Of a DNA stretch of 64,000 nt, positions 56,295-64,000 are shown piece after piece (the first letter of the stretch is position 1; every line of letters starts with the position of its first letter). The stretch is from a virus (taxonomy: Duplodnaviria; Caudoviricetes). Where the stretch lies: the IMG/VR virus record IMGVR_UViG_3300035698_028676, positions 1,643 to 65,642 of that record. One strand, written 5' to 3'. Both the position numbers and the translations under genes were made by a program. The notes beneath the pieces were generated by a model. It was not told the DNA's origin. It searched no databases and worked only from the letters and a program-made list of their open reading frames with translations.

Positions 56295-58475
56295 CTAAAT
56301 AATAACCTTCTCGCCATCAGCGATATTGATATTATTACTTAATAGATATTGGATACCTCTTGTAGTATCTTCTGCGTTATAACCTGCAACTACTGTTGCA
56401 AATTGACCCTCACCCATATCGAATGTCTGAATCAATACTTTCCCGGCTACAACTCCTGTAATCGCTGTGAATTCTGCTCCACATGCTTTACCGCCTAGTA
56501 AGCTAGCTGATACTGTATTAATACAACTTCCTCCGACAACAATGATATTCTTACCTGAAGCTGCTGCTAAATTAGCATCAGTTATCTTCGCGATACCTAA
56601 CTCTGCAGCTGTTGGTTTAACAACGGTTGCGTTGGACGCAACTGTATCTTCCTCACTACCTAGTACTGAAACCTGGGCGTATAATTGTTCACTAGGAACT
56701 TTGAATACAACCTTATCGTCATCAGCATTATTCTGTGGGCTCTCTACAATAGTACCATAATAATCCATTACATCATTATCATATTTTCCAATAGATTTAC
56801 CATCAACTTTCACATCACTAGATGCTGCATCCTCTTCTATAGTCCCAAGATATGTATTATTGCCTCCTAGAGAAATTTCAATATTACTATTTTTATAACT
56901 CCCTGTTATAGATAATGTATCTCCACCTGCGGAAATTCCAATTACCATTTCAGTTTCATCTGCAATTAAATCTGCAATATCAATGTAAGAGTTTTTTACA
57001 GTCACCAATGCGGCTTCTGCTGCTGTTACATCTGCTTCTGCTGTCACTACTGCTGCTTGTGTAATAGAATTATTCGTCACAAGTACTGTGGCCTCCGCAT
57101 TTGTTAATGCAAGTTCTGCTGCTGTTACATTTGCTTCTGCTGTTGTTACTGCTGATATATCAATATTCGCGTATCGTACCGGCTTTCCAGTAGAATAATC
57201 TTCCGCTAAATCCATATAATAAACTTGTAAAAGTCCGTTACCAGAATTCTGCAGATATAATGTATCTGTCTCTATATCATCTTTTAGTAAAAAAGAATCT
57301 TCGTTATTACCCTTAATAACCATAACATCTACATCACTAATTCTTGCTCCATTTCCGCTAGAACTTCCATTCTCATACATATCAATATTATCGAAGTAAA
57401 CTTCGTAATCATGATAATCTACATCAGTTAAGCTATCAAAACTCACTGTTGCAAAATCGTTTGGGAAAATGTATTCTCCTCCTTCATAAACAACATCATC
57501 TTCTTCGTCAACTTGTCTTAAGTCATACCTAACACCAATCCATCCATCTTCACTTCCAGGATTAGATATACTCCAAACCCACTCTGGGTCATCGTTATCT
57601 TGTCCTATAAATGCATCTCCATCGGAATATTCCTCAGAAATATCTCCTCCAGCATAGATTTCAACTTTGCTAGTTCTAGTATCAGAATCTGTATAGTAAA
57701 CGTCGTCTACTTTAACCTCTACTCCATTAATAGTCTTTTTCTTACCTTCTTTGATAAGAACTCCATTAATAAATGCACTGTCATCATAAATACTATCTAT
57801 TGTTAATGAAACTCCATTAACTGTAGTAGTAGCCCCTTCTGCAAGAAAAATCTTTTCTGCGTTAGTTACTGTAATAGAATTACTATCTATATCTTCAATA
57901 AGATATTCATCTCCAAGAATTGATACCTCTAAAGACTCTGCATCTGTATCACCTAGTTCTCTAACATTTTTAACAAAGACATCTTCCTCAAATATAAGCT
58001 TATATTCTAGGCCTTTATCATTTGTCAAAACTACATCTTCAAAATCGTTATTGTCTAAAGTAGTCTGAATTTTAAGATCACCGATTGCAAGCTCTTCATG
58101 AACATTATAGCTATCTGTGTTGTCTCCATCGTTCCACTCTATTTTACCATCAAATAAAGAAGGAATTTTGTTATCAGTTAACGTAGATTTAATCTTCCCA
58201 CTCAAACCTAATCCAAGCTCTGCTTCATCCTCAGTGACTCCTGCAGAAAAAATCCTTTCAAGTTCTTCTGGGATAATAATTGTATCTGCCAAACTATTTA
58301 CTAAACTATCCGCTGCTGTAGAATCTGTCGCTGCTGCGCTAACACCATAGACAACTGCTACATTAGCTTCATTGTTATTAGTAAATGGAATTGGATATAC
58401 TCCTGCTGAAACTAACATCATACTTATTAAAAATAGACTAAGAAATCCTGTCGTCTTTTTAAATGTTTTTTTCAT
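56295..58475 (-). CDS. Archaeal S-layer protein
   Basis: Signal peptide, YPIPF..VAVVYG..A..D..AA N-domain, very acidic, C-terminal NIIVVGGSCIN...VVAGYNAEDT. Confidence 0.85.
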   Translation of the reverse strand: MKKTFKKTTGFLSLFLISMMLVSAGVYPIPFTNNNEANVAVVYGVSAAATDSTAADSLVNSLADTIIIPEELERIFSAGVTEDEAELGLGLSGKIKSTLTDNKIPSLFDGKIEWNDGDNTDSYNVHEELAIGDLKIQTTLDNNDFEDVVLTNDKGLEYKLIFEEDVFVKNVRELGDTDAESLEVSILGDEYLIEDIDSNSITVTNAEKIFLAEGATTTVNGVSLTIDSIYDDSAFINGVLIKEGKKKTINGVEVKVDDVYYTDSDTRTSKVEIYAGGDISEEYSDGDAFIGQDNDDPEWVWSISNPGSEDGWIGVRYDLRQVDEEDDVVYEGGEYIFPNDFATVSFDSLTDVDYHDYEVYFDNIDMYENGSSSGNGARISDVDVMVIKGNNEDSFLLKDDIETDTLYLQNSGNGLLQVYYMDLAEDYSTGKPVRYANIDISAVTTAEANVTAAELALTNAEATVLVTNNSITQAAVVTAEADVTAAEAALVTVKNSYIDIADLIADETEMVIGISAGGDTLSITGSYKNSNIEISLGGNNTYLGTIEEDAASSDVKVDGKSIGKYDNDVMDYYGTIVESPQNNADDDKVVFKVPSEQLYAQVSVLGSEEDTVASNATVVKPTAAELGIAKITDANLAAASGKNIIVVGGSCINTVSASLLGGKACGAEFTAITGVVAGKVLIQTFDMGEGQFATVVAGYNAEDTTRGIQYLLSNNINIADGEKVII

Positions 58476-58589
58476 TTTATTTTAAACCCCCTTTCATTAT
58501 TATAATTTTTAAATTTAATACCATTATATATATTTTACATACTATACCCTACAGAGTATTTTATGCGTGATTATATCAGACAACTTTCC

Positions 58590-58623
58590 TTTATAAATCT
58601 TTCGGTACTACTACATAGTACTA
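58590..58623 (-). promoter_or_regulatory. Class A promoter copy 10 (drives S-layer gene)
   Basis: Minus strand TAGTAC-TAT-GTAGTA-GTACCGAAAGA-TTTATAAA. Confidence 0.85.
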
Positions 58624-58712
58624 ACATCAGTGTTAGTTCCACGTTTCTTCGAAACGCAGTAGTAGTTATACGCTTCTCTGAAACGTTATAATAAAATAAC
58701 TAAAGTAAAAAG

Positions 58713-58741
58713 ATGGTATAGGGGTTTATCCCCTATACCAT
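58713..58741 (-). terminator. Perfect 12-bp hairpin, terminator-like
   Basis: ATGGTATAGGGG-TTTAT-CCCCTATACCAT, T-rich downstream on minus strand. Confidence 0.65.
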
Positions 58742-58762
58742 AAAATCAAAAATACTTTAGCG

Positions 58763-58966
58763 TTATTGCCAAAATCCTCCCACGTCATTTCTTTCCTTCT
58801 TATACCTAGCATAAGCTTTGCCTATGTCCGCTCCGTGGAGCTCTAAGTCAGAAAAAAAAATCGCAAGATTAGTAGGATTCTTAAAATCCACGGTGTTCTT
58901 ATATCTAACACTACCTGGACCATTCATCCCTTTCTCTTTCAACTTAACAGAAAGTACTACTCCCAT
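58763..58966 (-). CDS. Hypothetical protein
   Basis: Operon spacing. Confidence 0.65.
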   Translation of the reverse strand: MGVVLSVKLKEKGMNGPGSVRYKNTVDFKNPTNLAIFFSDLELHGADIGKAYARYKKERNDVGGFWQ

Positions 58967-58967
58967 C

Positions 58968-59537
58968 TTATTTCATAAAAAGAACTATCACAACAACTAC
59001 TACTGCAATAACTCCTGCAATTACCATACCATTCTTATTGGTATCAGCAGAATCTTTGTTCTTTTGAACAGCACCAAGAACTGCCTTTATTAAAGGTACA
59101 TCTCCATCTGTATCATCTCCTCTTGCTCTAACTTGCTCGTAATCATCATTAGACACTGGGTGTCTATCTATCTCACGAAGTATATAACAAGAATCTTTAC
59201 CAAGCCTCCATATCTTATCTGGATTAAGCTTATGTACCTTATTTGCTACAACAACCAAGTTCCCACTAATTATCTTAGAAAGAATAAACTTCACCTCGTA
59301 GTTCACAGTCAAATACTGCACAACTACATATCCAGGTTTCTTTTTCTTCTTCTTCATTAGCTTCTTAAGAATCTTGGGTGTCTTATTACCTTTAGCAGTC
59401 TTCTTATCTTTGCTTTTAAGGATAATTATCTCCTTCTTTAATCTCTGTACTTTATTTAAGGAATCAGATAAACCCGCCTTAGCGGGCATACCTATATCCC
59501 TTCTACCTTGTATATTTTCCATATTATTGTTTACCAT
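58968..59537 (-). CDS. Basic protein with C-terminal TM anchor
   Basis: Lys run; C-terminal hydrophobic helix. Confidence 0.75.
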   Translation of the reverse strand: MVNNNMENIQGRRDIGMPAKAGLSDSLNKVQRLKKEIIILKSKDKKTAKGNKTPKILKKLMKKKKKKPGYVVVQYLTVNYEVKFILSKIISGNLVVVANKVHKLNPDKIWRLGKDSCYILREIDRHPVSNDDYEQVRARGDDTDGDVPLIKAVLGAVQKNKDSADTNKNGMVIAGVIAVVVVVIVLFMK

Positions 59538-60010
59538 CAGAAAATCTTTCTTTTCTTCTGGGATGGCTGTTTGAGTGCGTCTGGCAACTCTCTATTCTCA
59601 TCCTTTGCCTTAACTCTTCTAGACGTAACAACAATCTGCGGTAAGAATCCACCTTTACTTAATGAAGTGCTAGTAATTATCTCAGCTTGAGCTATAAAAA
59701 ACTTAGCAAATCCGTGATGTCCTAAAGTAGTAGCTAGTAATGCAATCTTCTGACAGTCTCTAACTGACAAGTTTAACATACCTAACTCGCTCTTACTTAA
59801 GTTCGCGATCTTACTGGAGTCAGACTTATTAACCATCTTCCAAAAGAGAGAGAATAAATCATCTTTCTTTTCATATGCTGGTGTTAAGTCCTCTCCCCAA
59901 TCTCGTTGTTTCTCCATAGAATCCATAGCCATATCATCTTCCATATCATCCATTTGATCTTCAGACATGATATCTTCTCCGCTATACTCATCTATATTTT
60001 CCTCAGCCAC
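59537..60010 (-). CDS. Hypothetical protein, acidic N-terminus
   Basis: SD GAAAGGGGGT, GTG start; ANLSKSELG and SLSKGGFL motifs. Confidence 0.75.
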   Translation of the reverse strand: MAEENIDEYSGEDIMSEDQMDDMEDDMAMDSMEKQRDWGEDLTPAYEKKDDLFSLFWKMVNKSDSSKIANLSKSELGMLNLSVRDCQKIALLATTLGHHGFAKFFIAQAEIITSTSLSKGGFLPQIVVTSRRVKAKDENRELPDALKQPSQKKRKIF

Positions 60011-60119
60011 TTTTCCAAATACCCCCTTTCATTAAATGTTGAATGTCAATATTTATAATAACGGAGTGGACGGCTCTGCCGACATAAGGATTTTCCTTAT
60101 TCATTTGTTTGATTTTCAT

Positions 60120-60368
60120 TTATTCATCCCAACTATCCAAATTTATTAGAGGAGATAAGATCGCTAAAATCCCAACTCCTATTTGTATAACTGCTAAACC
60201 TTGTGTAACAAAATTATTAATTCCTTCTAATCCGCTCACCATAATGTAAACTGACATTAAAAGTAAACCACATCCTGCAAGAAAAATTAATATATCGTTT
60301 TCATTGGCTGCTCCAAAAACAAAAAGAGCCCACATAAAGATTAATATCAATGATATTGTTCCTATCAT
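60120..60368 (-). CDS. Three-TM protein, paralogous to C-terminus of 60368-61021
   Basis: ILIFLAGCGLLLMSVY vs ILIFISGCFPLLMGIY. Confidence 0.7.
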   Translation of the reverse strand: MIGTISLILIFMWALFVFGAANENDILIFLAGCGLLLMSVYIMVSGLEGINNFVTQGLAVIQIGVGILAILSPLINLDSWDE

Positions 60369-61021
60369 TAAAAACCACCTCCTTTTCCACCGAAAAGGTT
60401 GACGGCAGAGCCGACTCCTTCATATTCATATCCTTCATACTCATTCTCTTCCATAAATCTAATACTAGGAATTATTGTTAAAATAAGGGCAAGTCCAATT
60501 AGTATCCATGCTAATGGATAGACCCACCAATTAGTAACTCCATAAACAGTAATCCCTTCTTTAAACATATAGATACCCATTAATAATGGGAAGCACCCTG
60601 ATATAAATATTAAAATATTACTTCCTTTATATACACCAGTTACAAATAGAATAAAAAATATCACACCCATTATAAGCCATAAATTAAATCCAGGCTCATC
60701 TTCTTCTGTCCCCATATTAAGATTAATTGTTGCTGAGTAATTGTTACATGTAACTGTAATACTATATGTTGCGATTGCAGTTTGGTTAAAGGTGAAGTTA
60801 TTTGTACCATCGCCTAATGGGGTCAATCCAACACTATAATTCATATCAGAATCATTTATATTTAAAACTGATGCATTGCATCCTACACTCGCATTAAAAA
60901 CTGGAGTTATAACTTCACATGGCGAGTTCCAATATTCCATATTATCCTGACACTCATAAGCACCAACGGTAGCAAGAGACATTGCTAAGATAAATAGCAT
61001 TAAAAAATTATTAATTTGCAT
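60368..61021 (-). CDS. Secreted-domain glycoprotein with three C-terminal TMs
   Basis: Signal peptide, many sequons, TM helices. Confidence 0.75.
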   Translation of the reverse strand: MQINNFLMLFILAMSLATVGAYECQDNMEYWNSPCEVITPVFNASVGCNASVLNINDSDMNYSVGLTPLGDGTNNFTFNQTAIATYSITVTCNNYSATINLNMGTEEDEPGFNLWLIMGVIFFILFVTGVYKGSNILIFISGCFPLLMGIYMFKEGITVYGVTNWWVYPLAWILIGLALILTIIPSIRFMEENEYEGYEYEGVGSAVNLFGGKGGGF

Positions 61022-61403
61022 TTATAACTCCTCCAGAATTTACCCATATAATTGAATCATTTCCGGGGTCTCCCAAATCAGAAGTATTAATTATTGCCGC
61101 AACAGTAAAGTTACCAGAATTAATAAAACTTAATTTCCCAGTTCCTAAATAACAGTCATCATTTATAATACAATAATCTGACATATCAGCTTCCCATGCA
61201 TTATTTAATCCTACACAGGTGCAAGTATCACAAGCCTCACTTTCTCCAAGGGTAAAATTAATAGAATCATAAGTTGGTGCAGTATAGCCAGAGCAAAGTG
61301 TAAAGTTTATTGAGTCATAAGTTGGCGCGGTATAAGAACTACTAAAACTTAACATACTAATTAACCCAATTACTATAATTAATAATAGGTTCTGTTTCAA
61401 CAT
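61011..61403 (-). CDS. Small secreted Cys-rich protein with duplicated YTAPTYDSINFTL
   Basis: Signal peptide; tandem repeat with 16-aa period. Confidence 0.75.
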   Translation of the reverse strand: MLKQNLLLIIVIGLISMLSFSSSYTAPTYDSINFTLCSGYTAPTYDSINFTLGESEACDTCTCVGLNNAWEADMSDYCIINDDCYLGTGKLSFINSGNFTVAAIINTSDLGDPGNDSIIWVNSGGVINAN

Positions 61404-63040
61404 GTTCCACTTATCCCCTTTTTTAATTGTCCGATTATTGTATCGTTATCATTATATGCTCCTGCCATATATGTGTTTGTTGAGTTTGGTACACCAACGC
61501 TCCATAACCCATTTGAATCTGTAATGTTTTGGTAATATTCTGATATATTATATTGGTTCCATACTGTTACGTTTGCTGCTACTATCGCGTTGTCTGCTTC
61601 GTCTAATACGTATCCTGAGAATTGGCAGTTTACTATTGGTACATAAGTCAAATATCTAATAATAACAACACCAGAACCACCATTTCCTCCATCATACTTA
61701 ACTCCATTAGCACTAGCACCTCCTCCTCCGCCTCCAAGTCCATTAGTTCCATCAGTTCCATCACCATTATTACCACCAGCACCTCCTCCTCCAGAACCAC
61801 CAGCTCCACCAAGTTTACTTCTATAATCATCAGCTCCAGCTCCGCCACCACCAGCATAAGTAACAGCAGTACCAGTTATTGAGTTTGAAACTCCATCACC
61901 ACCATCTCCACCATTACCAGATGCTCCATCACCACCTACTTCACTAGCACCTCCTCCTCCACCACCACCAAAATTATCCCCATTACCGCCACCAGCATAA
62001 CCTTGACCAGCAGTTCCAGCACCACCAGCACCATTATAATAACCACCTCCACCGCTTCCACCAGTAGTTCCACCGCCTGGAGCTAAATAAACACCACCAC
62101 CAACAGCAGTTTTAGTATCAAATACAGAATCATCTCCCTCTTGAACATTAGTTGCGTCAGTAGATCCACTACCACCATCACCAACAGTAATACTATAATT
62201 TTGTTCAGTTACTGTGAATACTGCATCATATAATAGCCCACCAGCTCCACCACCTCCACCTACTGAATAACCACCACCGCCACCTCCAGCGACAACTAAA
62301 ACACTAACATTTTGAGAATCTCCTGTCCAACTAAATGTTCCACTAGATGTAAAAGTGGCAACAGTATAATCTCCGTCATAAGTAATAGTACCACCAGTAC
62401 CATTCCACCAAGCCCATTCTGAAAGTGTTTCTCCATTAGATAAAATTTGGAAATCAATATTATCAGAATACCCTTTTTCTCCAGTTAATTTCCATTCATA
62501 ATTTCCAGCCTTTAATTCTTCATAATTATATTCTTCCCAAACTTGTCTTATTCTTGTTTCAGCTTTATATTTAATAACTTCACTATAACATTCTTTTACA
62601 CCTTTATTTTCAATACAAACTTCTTCATATTCACCTGGAACTTCTTCTTTATAACTTTCATCAACCTTAATCCAATATTGAGAATTTGGTATATTAATCT
62701 TTTTACCAGAGCTATCTACAAATTCTATACCATCAAATAGTTTCCCATTCTTAACAAGAACAACCCTACCTTCTGCTGAACATTCAGTTGTACATTGTTC
62801 TGTGTTTTTTACCAAAGAATACTCAATTATTTTTTCATTATTATCATCCTTTATCCCTATAATACCATATTTATTATTAAAATTTTCTTTTAGAAAATCT
62901 GGAGTATCTTTAGTTATTACCTTTTTGTGTGTCTTGTCGTCAGCACTAACAGTTTGTCCAACACTAACAAAAAAGCCAATAGCTAATAGTACAACTCCTA
63001 TTACTAACAATGTCGACAGAAATATTTTTTTAGCTTCCAC
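61397..63040 (-). CDS. Secreted protein with glycine-rich fibre/adhesin domain
   Basis: C...CS..EWAWW module; LVVAGGGGGG...GGSGVVIIRY; C-terminal SGYV.D...ANVTV..TDSNG. Confidence 0.82.
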   Translation of the reverse strand: MEAKKIFLSTLLVIGVVLLAIGFFVSVGQTVSADDKTHKKVITKDTPDFLKENFNNKYGIIGIKDDNNEKIIEYSLVKNTEQCTTECSAEGRVVLVKNGKLFDGIEFVDSSGKKINIPNSQYWIKVDESYKEEVPGEYEEVCIENKGVKECYSEVIKYKAETRIRQVWEEYNYEELKAGNYEWKLTGEKGYSDNIDFQILSNGETLSEWAWWNGTGGTITYDGDYTVATFTSSGTFSWTGDSQNVSVLVVAGGGGGGYSVGGGGGAGGLLYDAVFTVTEQNYSITVGDGGSGSTDATNVQEGDDSVFDTKTAVGGGVYLAPGGGTTGGSGGGGYYNGAGGAGTAGQGYAGGGNGDNFGGGGGGGASEVGGDGASGNGGDGGDGVSNSITGTAVTYAGGGGAGADDYRSKLGGAGGSGGGGAGGNNGDGTDGTNGLGGGGGGASANGVKYDGGNGGSGVVIIRYLTYVPIVNCQFSGYVLDEADNAIVAANVTVWNQYNISEYYQNITDSNGLWSVGVPNSTNTYMAGAYNDNDTIIGQLKKGISGTC

Positions 63041-64000
63041 TGCAAATTTTCCCCCCGCTTGCGAATACTATGCAATCTGCAACAGTTACGTTATTAAAGT
63101 CCACATCGCTAGTTGTATTTAATGTTTGGTCAAATGGGTTGCTTACGACAGAGATGTCTGCGTATAGGGTATCGGATAAAGTTTGATTCCATGATTGATT
63201 GAATATAGTCTTAGCATAAATTTCATTCCATGATAAATTTCCTGCTGTAATATTCAGATTAGCATACATAGTGTCAGTTAAGATTTGGTTAAAGCTTGAG
63301 TTGCCTGAAGTGGAATTTATATCTGCATATAAAGTATTTCCGTAAGCTTGAGTCCAAGAAGTGTTAGTATCATTTAAGTTAGCATACATTGCATCAGTTA
63401 AGATTTGGTTGAAGGATGCGTTCCCTGCTGTTATGTTTAAGTTGGCATACATTGTATCTGTTAGGGCTTGGTTGAAGCTTGAGTTATCTGCTGTGGTGTT
63501 TATATCTGCGTATAGAGTATTTCCATAAGCTTGGGTCCAAGAAGTATTTGTATCGTTTAAGTTAGCATACATAGTATCTGTTAAGATTTGGTTGAAACTT
63601 AGATTTCCTGAAGTAGTGTTTAAATTAGCATACATAGTGTCAGTTAAGATTTGGTTGAAACTTGCATTGTCATCTGTATTATTTAGATTAGCGTACATAG
63701 TATCAGTTAAGATTTGGTTGAAGGATTCATTATCGCCTACTAAAGAAGTGTTTGAATTATATAATGTATCTGTCCAAGTTTGGTTGAATGATTGGTTGAA
63801 AACTGTTCTAGCATATAATTCTGTCCAAGAAGTATTGGTGTCATTTAAGTTAGCATACATTGTATCAGTTAATATTTGGTTGAAGCTTAGGTTTCCTGAA
63901 GTAATATTTAAATTAGCGTACATAGTATCTGTTAAGATTTGGTTGAAGCTTGCGTTATCATCTGTATTATTCAAATTAGCATACATAGTGTCAGTTAAGA
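63030..64000 (-). CDS. C-terminal part of a repetitive fibre-like glycoprotein (continues beyond window)
   Basis: ~21-aa NxSFNQILTDTMYANLN repeats; ends FDQTLNTTSDVDFNNVT...GGKIC. Confidence 0.8.
   Translation of the reverse strand, partial: LTDTMYANLNNTDDNASFNQILTDTMYANLNITSGNLSFNQILTDTMYANLNDTNTSWTELYARTVFNQSFNQTWTDTLYNSNTSLVGDNESFNQILTDTMYANLNNTDDNASFNQILTDTMYANLNTTSGNLSFNQILTDTMYANLNDTNTSWTQAYGNTLYADINTTADNSSFNQALTDTMYANLNITAGNASFNQILTDAMYANLNDTNTSWTQAYGNTLYADINSTSGNSSFNQILTDTMYANLNITAGNLSWNEIYAKTIFNQSWNQTLSDTLYADISVVSNPFDQTLNTTSDVDFNNVTVADCIVFASGGKICSGS

Noticed and set aside
1323-63122. Many short ORFs antisense to or nested in longer genes
   Set aside because: No motifs, SD or promoter support; they contradict the strand-block organisation.
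1-64000. CRISPR array or cas genes
   Set aside because: No run of identical direct repeats with unique spacers. The 42-bp array has divergent palindromic units and no cas genes are recognisable.
1-64000. Alternative genetic code
   Set aside because: Long genes are intact under code 11 and TAA, TAG and TGA all act as stops with tight gene packing.

Overview
An AT-rich, gene-dense archaeal sequence with no ribosomal, replication or central-metabolism genes in 64 kb. It is organised as two convergent blocks, + strand 1-34012 and - strand 34071-64000. I infer a large virus or extrachromosomal element of a DPANN (probably Pacearchaeota-like) host, based on BRE-TATA promoters, TGAAAGG(A/G)GG ribosome-binding sites, an archaeal tRNA, an archaeal S-layer protein and AglB. 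The left arm carries small accessory genes, a tyrosine recombinase, homing-type endonucleases, tRNA-Val(TAC) and an unannotated 48-aa stand-alone NrdD glycyl-radical peptide. It also carries a ~25 kb glycosylation island: two radical SAM/SPASM enzymes, GT2, GT4, GT-C and fucosyltransferase-like enzymes, four methyltransferases, HldE/HldD heptose enzymes and an AglB/STT3 oligosaccharyltransferase. The right arm encodes what look like virion/surface proteins: two-helix capsid/pilin-like proteins, sequon-rich adhesins and fibres, four basic proteins sharing a DxDxDGxxNxxDCKP motif, an 1828-aa protein with two nucleotidyltransferase-like domains, and a full S-layer protein. Two repeated promoter classes are visible. 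Class A has 10 copies of BRE-TATA, nine of them with an upstream TACTAC-N3-GTAGTA box. Class B has 3 identical 40-bp copies flanked by 20-bp palindromes, one of which extends into a 42-bp-phased array. The leading candidate for a new system is an element-encoded surface-remodelling kit (S-layer + AglB + sugar pathway under one promoter class, plus sequon-dense substrates). All protein assignments are from motif recognition by eye; no database searches were run.
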